Part shown: positions 48,556 to 60,640 of the stretch, in pieces
Position numbering within the stretch: the stretch's first letter is position 1
How the letters are laid out: every line of letters starts with the position of its first letter
NCBI RefSeq assembly: GCF_026571515.1
Contig: NW_026856902.1
Location: 1 to 64,000 of the forward strand
Source of the DNA: Ruditapes philippinarum
Taxonomy: Eukaryota
Direction of reading: 5' to 3'
DNA: 64,000 nt
Notes under the pieces: model-generated
Seen by the model: only the letters and a program-made list of their open reading frames with translations
Databases searched by the model: none
Told to the model about the DNA's origin: nothing
Position numbers and translations under genes: made by a program

Positions 48556-48876
48556 AGCAGCACTCCTCCAGATTCATGCTAATTATATATATATAATATA
48601 ACGGTATTGTAAAGTTACCATAAGAATGCTATTTACACATTATCAATGGCATTTCAGCCTATATAACTTACTATAAAGAGGTCAAAATATGCAAAAATAG
48701 CTCTTTCTGCGTTAGTAACGCAGTAGAAATATAGTTATAAATACTGAAAAATTCGGTCATTAATATGTAAATTTTTACTAGAATTTTGAATCTTTATACC
48801 TTTCCTAAAATTTAAGTACATTTTTCTCAGGTTTGATTTTATCGAAATATTTTTGCTTATCTTGAGGCGTGCAGCT
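48556..48876. mobile_element. Copy of the ~350-bp TTAA MITE family (opposite orientation)
   Basis: ttaa|agcagcactcctccagattcat ... ttgaggcgtgcagct|ttaa. It shares the internal ctgcgttagtaacgcagtagaaatatag hairpin with 39705-40051. Confidence 0.65.
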
Positions 48877-50545
48877 TTAAGTGTGAACTCACGCCTTAAA
48901 GTAGTTTGTACACTATATATATTACGAAATTCATATATCATGCATGTAAAGGTTTTAAAGAAGTCTAAATCCGGACATGATTTAAAAAGTTTATGATACA
49001 AGGTATCTATAACTTGACAACATTATGTTCTTTTTCCTTGGAAAAAATCACACGTCACTTTAAACTGGTTCCGAAATAGTTTTGCCATTACAAACTGTTT
49101 TTAAAATGACCATTCTGTCATGTTCTAGCTCACAACTTTATAAATATGTTACACTGCATGTGCTAGTGCCGATTCATTTCTACAAATCTGCTGATAAAAT
49201 ATATGTCTACTAATCATCCAAACCTATGTATACTATACAATAAACTGTAAACTGAATGGTTCGTCAGTTATTTGTTTGTTTTTTAAAGATGTAAGGTGGT
49301 TAAAGCTACATTAAAGTAATTTCTTAAAAACAAAAATAGCGACATTTCATTAGTAAATTTGGTTTCATGAGAAACTCTGCCTTCGAGTCATCCGTACATC
49401 AATATTAAATCAACAAACATACGAACTTTAGTGTTACCGTGGGGTTTTCCGTTTAAAATCGTAATTTATGAACAATATTTAATGAGATTTACAACAATAC
49501 TGTTAAAAAGGTTAATAAAACAGTAGAATGCTTGGTTATCAGGCCGACGGCAAAATATTTTTACATATCTATTTAATGTAACTTTAAGGTAATAGAAACT
49601 TGAATTTTAAAATACTGATAATATTGAAAATCGATATAGGATATAAAACAAACACAAGCAAAATCCCATTTATCTTGAAAGGTAGGTATAATCTTTATCT
49701 GCATGTAGTTATTTCTCGGACAAGCTTGAAGTTGTTATGTTTACGTTGATCGGTCAACATATGCCCGTATACAATTTTCCTTTCATGTTTGTTTTTTCAG
49801 AACTCAGTTTTCAAACTAGCTTAACGAGACAGACTCAATCAAACCGAGTCTGCAATTCTCTTGTAGTTTTGTTGTGATTAATGCTTCCGAGGGATCACTA
49901 TGCTTCCAGATTTTTTTACGTACGGACGAACCCCTATCGCAATAAGCTGCCAACTATACAAATGGAGACATAAAAAACTCATATACGACAATCAGCTAAT
50001 ATAATAATTTCCTTCTCGAACATCACATCAATATCACCACTATCATCAATTCAGCTGCTGTTTACGGATAATGTACTTGTGTAAGCTTCCCGTAGAGATA
50101 TATCATAAGAAGTTTATAAGTTTTATATTTACAAACCTTAAGGAAGAAAGGAAGAGATTTGTTATCTTTTATCTGTGATATTTTGACAAGACAATTATAA
50201 CTCTGTAAGGAAGATATTGTAATATGAGGGTCTATAGCAAAATATTCTGTTCTGTGTTTAATTTTGTAACATCTAAAGTTTTCACTGCTGTGGTAGTCTG
50301 GGTTTGTCAGGGGCTGCGTCCTGTGAACGTTGCCTTTGCCTTGCCGATCTTTATTTTCGTTTTTTTTTAAATAATGGTATTTGTAAAACAAATATCAAGA
50401 GTATTTGGTCTTAATGAATCACATATTCAATTACTAAGAAGAAAAAAAGATTTACAATTTAGTCTGTTTGACGAATAGGAAATGAAGTTTTGACTGACTG
50501 TTCGTTAAAGAATGCAAAACATTATCGAATGTTAGAAGTAACACA

Positions 50546-50782
50546 TGAGCCGCGTCACGACAAAACCAACATAGTGCGTTTGCGACCAGCATGGATCCAG
50601 ACAAACCTGCGCATCTGCGCAGTCTGATCAGGATCCATGCTGTTCGCTTACCAACTCTATTACAAGAAGAGAAACTGATAGCGAACAGCATGGATCCTGC
50701 TCAGTCTGTGCGGATGCGCAGGCTGGTCTGGATCCATGCTGGTAGCAAACGCATTACCTTGGTTTTGCCGTGACGCGGCTCA
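50546..50782. mobile_element. Palindromic ~240-bp MITE (TGAGCCGCG family), full copy
   Basis: Same TIRs and internal sequence as 1692-1934. Confidence 0.85.
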
Positions 50783-51438
50783 TATTACTCAGGGTCGTCA
50801 AACGAATAAGCTGCAGAATCAAACTCATTATGACCTGGTGGAGCAGCTGGCACTCTAAAGATGAACAAAAATCAATCTAAAAGGTAACAACTCTATCACA
50901 ATCTGTGTATCTTTACTAAGATTTTTTAATGACAAATCTAATTATTGAAGCGACCAATGCGTATTCTGTCTGACCACAAGAAAGATTGCTGCCTTCGTAT
51001 ATGGCGACCAAAAGTGTTATGAATTTCAACATATAATGTCCAAGCTCTTACAGTCTTGATGAATGCCTCCTCGCTATGCTAATCTAACTTTTTATATTAG
51101 AAAAAGCTAAACAGTTTTGAAAGGACAATTTTCTATGTAATTTACCAAATATCAGCTTTGCATGGGCTTTAATTTAGCTACGATCTTTCCTTAAAATAGA
51201 CTTCTTGCGATTGAAGTAAACAACTCAATTAAGAAAGGCATACTTTTCAATTTCTGTTAGAATATTTTGGTCACTATTTTGTACAAATAATTTTCAAGAA
51301 GTGTCATGCATAGTGGCACCTATACATAAAAACAATTAGTGACATAAATTTTGCAAGACCCTTGTTTTCAAGCTGTGTTGATTCATAAAGCTAACTACTT
51401 TGTTTAACTTCCGGGAAGTTTACGTAACTTTGAAGGGC

Positions 51439-51543
51439 TATAAATGGAGATGTGTTGGAGTTTATTTAAATAGAAAAAGATAACATTTTAAGAAGTACTT
51501 AATAGCTAAGTGAGCAGTACATTTTAAGTCGATAAAGGTAAGT
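51439..51543 (+). promoter_or_regulatory. Putative TATA box and non-coding first exon of EPDR-5
   Basis: TATAAATG at 51439 and a consensus donor AAG|GTAAGT at 51538. The ATG exon has a TTGCAG acceptor (52474-52479). Confidence 0.45.
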
Positions 51544-52488
51544 CATTAAATATTGTATGTTGTATTGTTATTTTATATCGAATGTTCAACAATGTCTTTC
51601 TTATGATTAGCATTACTGTAACACTGCCATATAAACATTGAACAAAATCAAACACTGTTTTTCTTTTGTGAGAAGGCGTTATCATATACTACATGGGTCT
51701 ATGACAATACTGGTACTATTTTATGGACATTGTTTCACTGCTATATAAAATTGACGGTTTTGTTTTATAGGAAAATTCATTATTTCACAAAGAATTTACT
51801 GACATATTACATTTAACATTATGTCAGAATAATTAAACACCGAGTACGGACTCAGCTTTCATATATCGTTATCAACGAATATGTTCTACATTCGTTTTGA
51901 TCGTTAACTTGCCACCGAAACCTTTTCTAATACTGTACTCTTGATAATGGATAGGTATTGTACATTGCACTTTGTTTTTCTGGCAAAAGTATAAAATAAA
52001 GAGTCATTTGTATAACAAAGCAGAGCAATCGATTAATAAACGGAAAATGTATGTAATACTTTCTGCACAAACGTTAACATTGTATGTAAAAAGGTACTTA
52101 ACAAAGATAGATATATTGATATATTGTCTTCACATTTGAACATGTGGACATGTTCATGTACCATTCAAAGCACATTTAATTCAACAAAATATGGCAAAAT
52201 TACATGAAATGGCAAACAAGAAGAAAGAAAAACTTTAAAAGACAAAGATGATCGTAATTAAGTAATGGAAAGAAATCATGAAATAATAAAGTCAATAGTA
52301 TTTAATATTCGCAAATACTCATATGCTTGCTTTCTTTATAACAATATTTAATACAACAACATAATATCGTATATATGGCAAGTTAATTTAACAAATACGT
52401 ATTATAATTTTGTGACGATTTCACCTATAACACTTTAGACTTGACAAACAATGGTCTACTCGTATAAGACTTATTGCAGGAAACAATC

Positions 52489-55400
52489 ATGGGAATAATC
52501 GTTCCAGTCCGTGACTCATTGCTAGTTATCATACTGTTTGTTATGTGGCCATCATGTCATGCAGATGTTTGCTGTTTTCCAAAACAGCTTGAAGGACAAC
52601 TAAGTATGCTTTATTCAAGAGCGACTGGTTCTGACTTATTTACTGAGGTAATCAATAGATCAAACATAATTTTCTATCTTGTTATTTGCATTTTAAATAG
52701 AATCAGAAAAAATAAATTTCTCTTTCAACCTTTTAATATAATTCTTACAAGATGCATTAATTTTTACCCCAATTTATTGTCATTACACAAAAAATCTTAA
52801 TATTAATCAAAAGCAAAGATTGCATTGAATTCCTTTACATATGATTGAAATGGTGAACTTAAAAGTTCATTGATTTTTTTCAAAATAACATTTTGTCTTC
52901 CTTTACAAAATAGACAAAAATATGATCTAAGTCTACTTTTTGCTTGCTGTTAATATATTTAACAGATAAATATGGATGGTTCGTTCGACTGGACAAATAA
53001 GAGAATACGTGAATATATTCCTGCCACTGGTTATTTACAATTACTCTTCTTCGGAAAGGTTTGCATAATTATCTAACGTTAAAGTGTTACGTCTATTTTT
53101 TGTGTGTTATCTTATTTTAATTTGTTTGAAAGTGTCAAAATGTTTATGTTTAATTTTTCATGTCTAAGGTAAATCTATAGTATTGTCATTGCTTTTCAAA
53201 CTGAAAATATAAACGTAAAAGACATTTAATGAATATACAAAATAAACAGTGTAAAATAGTTTCATGTTTTACAGGGAGTTGGCTATTTCATCAAAAATTC
53301 AACCTGCCAGGTGCAAAAACTTTCGCCATTGTCAGACAGCGAGTTTTGTGTCCCTGGTAATATTTTTCCTATTTTATCTAAAAGAAAATTTTCATCATTA
53401 TTCTTGTAATTGTCATCGTTCCATATCTGCCATTGACATCATATCATTATTTTTCATTTATTGACTTTCATTGCCTTACTTAGCAATTGTGAAATCTAGT
53501 CTTATTTCTTTCTGCAAAACTTTATTGTTGTTTGATTCCTTCATGTCATAAGAACAATAATTAATCAATTTCAGATCCTTATGATTGTTTTTGTGTGTGT
53601 TTGACAAACTGAGGTTAAGTACACATAATTCTCTTATTAGAAAAAAAACTTTTGCTTAATAAAGTGACTGTAGGTAGCGTTGTTTCTTTAACAGGGACAA
53701 CAATTATCTTATGATTATAATTTGGTCGGTTTGGAAGTGTTTGAGCATGTCTCGTGTTGAAGTCATCAAAGTCAAATACAATGTATTATTTTTTTTATAT
53801 AAAAGACAGAGCTAAACGTATGAAGAGTTACAAAATTGGACTGAAAGAGAAGATGACCTTTACTGACTACGTGTTTTCACCAGTGAAGAAGGGAAACATA
53901 GGTCAACAAATACGGACAATTACTGATGATTGCGTGCCTGTTGTGGATATCTATTTCATGAACCGTAAGTTTTATACTAACATTATCTTATGTAATGCAC
54001 TTGAAGGTACAATATCATTATAAGCACAAAACATATCTTACTAGGATGTTTCAATGTTTCTACTTTGTTAAATGTATTAGATATGATACTAACAGATATT
54101 ATACAAGTTAAAAAAGTTTTTTTTCTCTATCATTCTAGGGAACAACTACTTTGAAATGGTGACGTATTCATATCAGAATATAACACCTGGTATCAAAGAC
54201 GAGAAGGTGTTTAATGTACCTAGTTTCTGTAAATCAAGTGTTCAGAGGGTAAGAATGATAAACATTTTGTATACAAAATGTATATGTCACTACTTTCAAC
54301 TCTATAAATAAAGAATAAGAAATAAAAAATCATGTGTTTGTTTAGAACAAATGTCTTGTTTGGTGTTCTGCTAGGCTCCTTGCCGGTGGTCCCGTGTTGC
54401 TGAGTTGTGTTTATTGAATTCCGCCCTTCCTTATTGATCCTGTTTTTAACATTTAGTTCATTTTTTTAAAATTATGTTGTGTTCAATAATAGAAATAAAT
54501 AAAATAAAGGACCTTCACAATGAAAACTAACTCATTCTGGAAAGACAGGTGCATTTGCATAACAGTTGTTTAAATTTAAATTAGACTTCTATGTTTCTTA
54601 CTAATTGCCAATTTTACAGTTATCAAATTCTTATGTTGAAACATGCTTTAGCCGGTACGGGTAGGGTGGGGTTGAATATTGGGGAAGGTGAGCAGTAGCT
54701 TGCACTTTCCAATACCGTCCGTATCAGGCCACACCAAGCCTGCAACACTTCAGTTTGGTGGTTTTATGTGTGTTTGGGATTCCGTTTTCTCTATGTTAGT
54801 TATGGTATGAAATTTTGAAAAATACACACGTGAATTTGTGTAAGTACTGTGTACCTTATGACACTTACATGACATAATCATTAGTTTTAGGGGTTTTAAA
54901 TGTGTCTCATTTTGCCTGAAATAACATTAAGTGAAAATTAACTTAGTTATAAAGTAAAACTAGAACTAGAAATGATCATTGGAATTAAACAGTTGCTGAT
55001 AGTCCTGTGTTTGGGGTGGGTTAATTGAATGCCGCACTTCTTTGTTGATTTTGTATTATTTTCATATTTTATTTTCAATAGAATTTTTTAATGAAAAACG
55101 GCCTTTTTTCTTTATGTTTCGACGAATTTAAATGTTTTTACTTGCAAATATGCATGTAACTGAAATACACTGTATACAATTGTTGTTTTATTTTGCGGAA
55201 AATCATGCCTTCTATTTGGTATCGTGCATGACTTTTAATGAACTGCTTTATTTATTATTTGCTGCACTGTTGTGCTTATTTCCGGTGGCGAAGCGTTCAT
55301 TGAATGTAACTCTTCCTTGTTGATATTGTTTTCATGTTTTGTAAGCGGGAGCGTTTATTGAATGCCTCCTTTCCTTATTGATCTTTGGTTTTCAAATTCT

Positions 55401-55520
55401 GTTTAAAACATATATGTTCAATGACTTTATTTGTCTTTTTTTCAGATGGGCAACACACATGCTAAAGAGAAAACAGTTTTCTGGAACTCGTTTGGTTTCA
55501 AGGATAATTCTTTAGTGTAG
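52489..55520 (+). CDS. Ependymin-related (EPDR-like) secreted protein, paralogue 5 (225 aa), closest to paralogue 4
   Basis: join(52489-52647,52966-53058,53275-53356,53806-53964,54139-54248,55446-55520). GT-AG, phases 0,0,1,1,0. Signal peptide ending SCHA, then DVCCFPKQLEG, SFDWTNKRIR, NSTC, FCVP, YKIG, TDDCVPV, YQNITPGIKDEKVFNVPSFC. Confidence 0.9.
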
Positions 55521-58114
55521 AGCTCTCTTTTAAATTTATAACGTTTTTTGTCACATTTTTATCACAATTTTAAGCTGTCTTATAATGTATTATCAAGCAA
55601 AAGATAAGTAGAAAACAATCTTCCTAAATTATCAACATATGATTCATGTTTGAAGTTTTATCAGCTCTGATACACATGCAACTTTGTTTCCTATTTGTTA
55701 TTGTATCATTTTTTTTGTTTTGCTTCCTTGTGGTTGTAAAAATGACATGCAACCTAATATTTTCCTGATGCATTCAAACACTTCATAAGACTAGCTTAAT
55801 CAGCTTCCCCTGCAAATATTAGCAATCTTTGAAAGATTATTTCATTTTCCTGTGTTAGTGTATAAATGATGAAGTGTCACTAAGCACCATCAGTTAAAAT
55901 GGTAAAGAATAAGCGACGTAAAACATACGAAGAATAGCGCACTGACAATTGAAGCACTAAAGACACACTTTGATTTCTAAGCATACAACAATGTGTTGTT
56001 TATTTTACTAAAACAATATGCGACAAAAAATTAAAACTATTAACTAATGATCAAGCATTTATATTAACCTCTATCCTTAAGACAACAACGATAGCATGTC
56101 AGTGAACCTTAAAGAATATGGGAACATAAATCAACTAGGAAGTGCGGGATTCAACCGAATAAAAACATAAACAGGCACAAAGACAAAGCAAAGACGAAGT
56201 TCATTGTTATTAACAATAAAACAAAGAACTCGATAAGTCTTCATTAATAAGGGATATAGTAACTATACAGAGGATATTTGTTTGTTATGCATTAAGATCA
56301 AAATATATTTCACAGAGTAAACACCAAATGTATTATTTTGACGAGTGACGTAGCTTCGAGTGAAAATACATGTATTAAAGCTTGTCTTAAATAAAATCTT
56401 ACATACAAAACAATTTTTGTTCTGTTTATTGCATGCTTTTAGGGGTTTTAACTCTCATTATTGAGGTCATCAAATCATAACGTTACCGTGTTCTTATTAA
56501 AAATACTTCTGTAAACGTCTTCGAAATAACGTTATATTTTTAAAAGGATATGTGCACATATGCATGTGCTTCTCCTAAAACTGCACATTTTACATACAGG
56601 GGCGTGTATATCTGACGATATTTCTACTTATTTAAGATATAATTCTTTTCATCCGCATTCAGATATAGGCTACTTTGAAAATTATATTTATAAATGCGAA
56701 ACAATAACCAACAAATCCTAGCATCAAACTCCGAAACAGTGCTATTAAGCCGATAAACACCTGTTACTTACCTCACAGACCTCCTGATTTTGCCACTGAA
56801 CACATAGAAGAAAGAAAACCGGTGTAAAACAACCAATAAACACTGGTTATGGACATGCAGCTGTTCTTTTTCCTCCCTCGAGCAGCACTGACATAAAACA
56901 ATACAATCCAGTCCGACACATTATTTTCAACTGTTGAAAAATTGATAAAATAATTATTTAACACTGAAGTGAAACAATTTTCCTCAATGTCATTATCTTT
57001 TTTTAAAATTTTGTTATACATTAGTGACAGTACGGTGCAAAATACAACAGCCTTATATGAAAATCGGCATAAACACCGCCGAGACCGAAATAACTTCATA
57101 AATGGCAAGCCAAGCTATCTATGTATCATACATGTAACATGTAATACATGTAAATGCAAAATAGTATGCTATTTCTTTTACATTGACTTCTGGTAAAGTT
57201 AGGGAACATGCTTCGGTATTTTCCGGTTGCATGAATGAATAAACAGGATATATAATTCTGATAAAAGAGTATCCTTTTCATAAAAAAGTTTCATGTCTTA
57301 ACTCAACTAACGCCAGGCTACTTTCATTCTTCTCGATTTAAAGAACTCGAAAATTAATGCAGAATAAATCTTGTTTAATTGTTGAGAAAGAAGGTATTTG
57401 TTTTGTCACATAAAAAACTAAAATTGCCATAAATTACTCAGGTTCCCTAGCGCAACCAATAAATCAGGATGAGAATGTTCTAAAAAATAAAGTAATAAGA
57501 GTTATCCGAAATTGGAGTTAAGAAACATCAGGGAATTTACTGATTCATTGTGACACATTCATTTCATTTATCAGGATTTACTTCCGTGCTCAATATTGTC
57601 CACCAATTTCGTTTTAAATTCATTCTGATTTGTTTAAAACTGTTACTTTTTTATATAGACCGGAATTGATTATCTCAAAAATGGACAAAGTCTTGAAAGA
57701 TAAATATGTAGAGTATACATAAATTCTTCAGCTTCGGTACATTTGAATTTTTGTGAAACTTATATTTCAAAGTCGGTAGATATCACCGCGTTAAGATAGC
57801 ATAATAAAATATTAATAGATAAAAAGTCAAGGTTGCTCCCATCTGATGTTTAGGCTTAAAGTTAATACCATGTTATGCGACTTAAAGTTATAACATATGA
57901 TTAATACATGAAATGAATGTATGGTGAATTGTTGAGGACGAATCATTAAACAAAATCTCGTGTCAAATATAGATAATTAAAGGCGACACCGTGCAGTAAA
58001 CCAAAGACATAGAAACCACTTTTTCCTACCATTATGAATATTAGATTGATCAAGAAGAGAAGTATGTAAATATAAATGCATATACAACGTTTTTTTGTTG
58101 TTCAATATTGTGAA

Positions 58115-58198
58115 AACACACACACGCACGCACGTACGCACGCACGCACGCACGTACGCACCAACGCACGCACCAACACACGCACCAACACACACACA
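58115..58198 (+). repeat. Compound (CA)n/(CACG)n microsatellite
   Basis: acacacacacgcacgcacgtacgcacgcacg...acacacac. Confidence 0.9.
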
Positions 58199-58289
58199 AA
58201 TGAAGGTAATCGTGTAAATATACATTTTAACTTTACATTGAAAATCATTTAAAATCTGTGTTTATAGGTCACTCTACATTGTCTATTCG

Positions 58290-59040
58290 AATACTGTATG
58301 CGTAGGTAAATAAATTCAAATGTTGGTTTATATCGACTGAAGATGCACCTTGCCGTCAGCCTAATACAGCAACGTCTGCCAAAATGATTGCCAAAGTGAA
58401 AGAAATACTTGATACCGAGGCAAGATACACCACAATGCAAATGGCCAATATCGTATGTATTTAATTTGGAGTAGCTCCTACCGTTCTCAAGCGTGATTTG
58501 AAAATGAGAAAGATCTGCACTACTAATTTTCTGACCGATGAGCAGTTAAAGGATCGCGTGCAGTGCGCTCAGTTGTTGCTTAAATAGAACCAAATTACAA
58601 TGCACGGTCTTTAGCAAACATGTCTTCATTTTTATGAGCCAAACCGAAAACACAAAAACAAGATTTGGGTTACAAAATATGACAAAAAAGGCCATGCATT
58701 GTTAATAGGAGAAAGAAATGTATTAATTTTTCTTTACAACTCAGAGACCCATCTTTGAGGTTGCTGTTTCCAAAACCTAACAATACGTCATGGCACAATG
58801 CTTCTTTAGTGCAAGATTTTCTGAAACAGATAAAAGTCATTATGCTCCCCCAACCTTTCTATTCACCTGGCCTTACCCTTAGAGACTTGTTTTGTTGTCA
58901 AAACTAAATAGAAAAATACTTTTTAAGTCTGAAATTTATTCAATGCAAACTCCTCGGTTCAGCAATATTCTAGTGTCTTTATAGTAAACTTCCTAAAGAA
59001 AACTATGAAAATGGCTTTCAAGATCTATACAAATTAAGAT
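58290..59040 (+). pseudogene. Degenerate mariner transposase relic
   Basis: Hand translation from about 58333: STEDAP..PNTATSAKMIAKVKEILDTEARYT...LKRDLKMRKIC...LTDEQLKDRVQCAQLLL. Later come HFYEPNRKHKNKIW and a decayed LPxPxYSPxL..DLF...KL motif (about 58842-58907). Stops and deletions are present. Confidence 0.8.
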
Positions 59041-59425
59041 TAAAATACAAATATAAGAACGTAATTATACACGTGCACACCTTTTAATTGATGATAGCCC
59101 ACTTTATAACATAATAACGAGTTTTCCCCCAGCTTTCTCACTGTATGTATTATATATTATCCGCGCTTCCGATATACACTATCAAATATATAAGTGCAAT
59201 GTGTATGACTAAATTAAATATATAAATGCCAGTGCAAATACTTAAGTTGCACTTGGATACTTGAATCAGTTGACAGGGAATTACGTCATCATCATTATTA
59301 TTATTAATTTATTTATTTACTGGATTCAATATATTAATATACAGAATTGAGATACCCTTTTTACGATATTGGAACTTCATTATATTCAAGGTAGAATGCA
59401 CACTTTTAATTTATTATAATTAATT

Positions 59426-59540
59426 ACATATACAAGTGCCGTGTGTATGTTTAAATTAAATATACAAGTGCCTTGTGTATGATTTAATTAAATATACAAG
59501 TGTTACGTGCATGATAAAATCAGATACACAAGTGGCACGT
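59426..59540 (+). repeat. Short 32-bp tandem repeat (~3.5 copies; related unit near 59185)
   Basis: aaatatacaagtgcc[g/t]tgtgtatg..taaatt repeated. Confidence 0.65.
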
Positions 59541-59986
59541 CGAAACTTTAATAAGTTGACTGTATTTATAGCAAAAAAGATTTTTTTTTACAAATCTATA
59601 AAGATACTGAATTTAAAATACCTTTTATAAGTTACAATAACTTTATGATATGCATGGTAGGATGCAGACTTTCAAATTTATGACAGTTTTCTTAACGTCC
59701 ACTTTAACAGCAATTTAAGTTGTAAGTTGAAATTACTACCTAGCAATATCGTCTGCTTTTTCCCCTCTATGTATATTTTGTCAGCGATTTCCCAATATAT
59801 TTTATATTGTGCGACATATGCATATGTAAAGAGTCGCTATGTTTATGTGTGTGAACGTGTCCGTCGCACCTGTATATTTTGACTTCTTTTATCAACAACT
59901 GTTAAGTCAACTCAACTGTCCAAAAACTTAAAATATTAAATCATATAAAAACAAATGAGTGAATGGACCCCATCGATAGAAGAAAT

Positions 59987-60640
59987 AACATTTTAGTGAA
60001 CGCACCCAACTGTATAACGTAGGATTATTTTAGTGAATGCACTTAACTGTAAGACGTAGAATTATTTTAGTGAATGCACCCAACTGTGCGACGTAGAAAT
60101 ATTTTAATGAATGCACCCAACTGTACAACGTATTAACATTTTAGTGAACGCACCCAACTGTATGGCGTAGTATTATTTTAGTAAATGCCCCAAACTGTGC
60201 GACGTAGAAACATTTTAGTAAATGCCCCAAACTGTACGACGTAGAAACATTTTAGTGAACGCGCACAACTGCACGACGTAGAAACATTTTAGTGAACGCG
60301 CCCAACTGAACAACGAAGTAACATTTTAGTAAATGCCCCAAACTGTACGACGTAGAAACATTTTAGTGAATGCATCCAACTGTACAATGTAGTAACATTT
60401 AAGTTAATGCACCCAAATACACAACGTAGTAACATTTTAGCGAATGCATCAAGAAACACAAAGAGTAACATTGTAGTTAACCTCTCCGCCGAAGGAAGTG
60501 GCAACGGTGTTGTGAACGTATCCAACAGTAAGGTGAAGTTCATTGTTGGAATCGCACTCCATTGTAAGATGAAGTAACAATGTAGTAAATGCACCCACCT
60601 GAAGACGTAGTAACTGTGTAGTAAACGCACTCAACGTAAA
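59987..60640 (+). repeat. Minisatellite, ~17 x 37 bp, decaying toward the right
   Basis: Unit approximately aacattttagtgaatgcacccaactgtacgacgtaga. The 37-bp period is seen at 59991, 60028 and 60065. Confidence 0.9.

Noticed and set aside
59987-60640. CRISPR-like 37-bp repeats, and ORFs 60289-60630 and 60449-60646
   Set aside because: Head-to-tail minisatellite without spacers. The ORFs are translations of the repeat.
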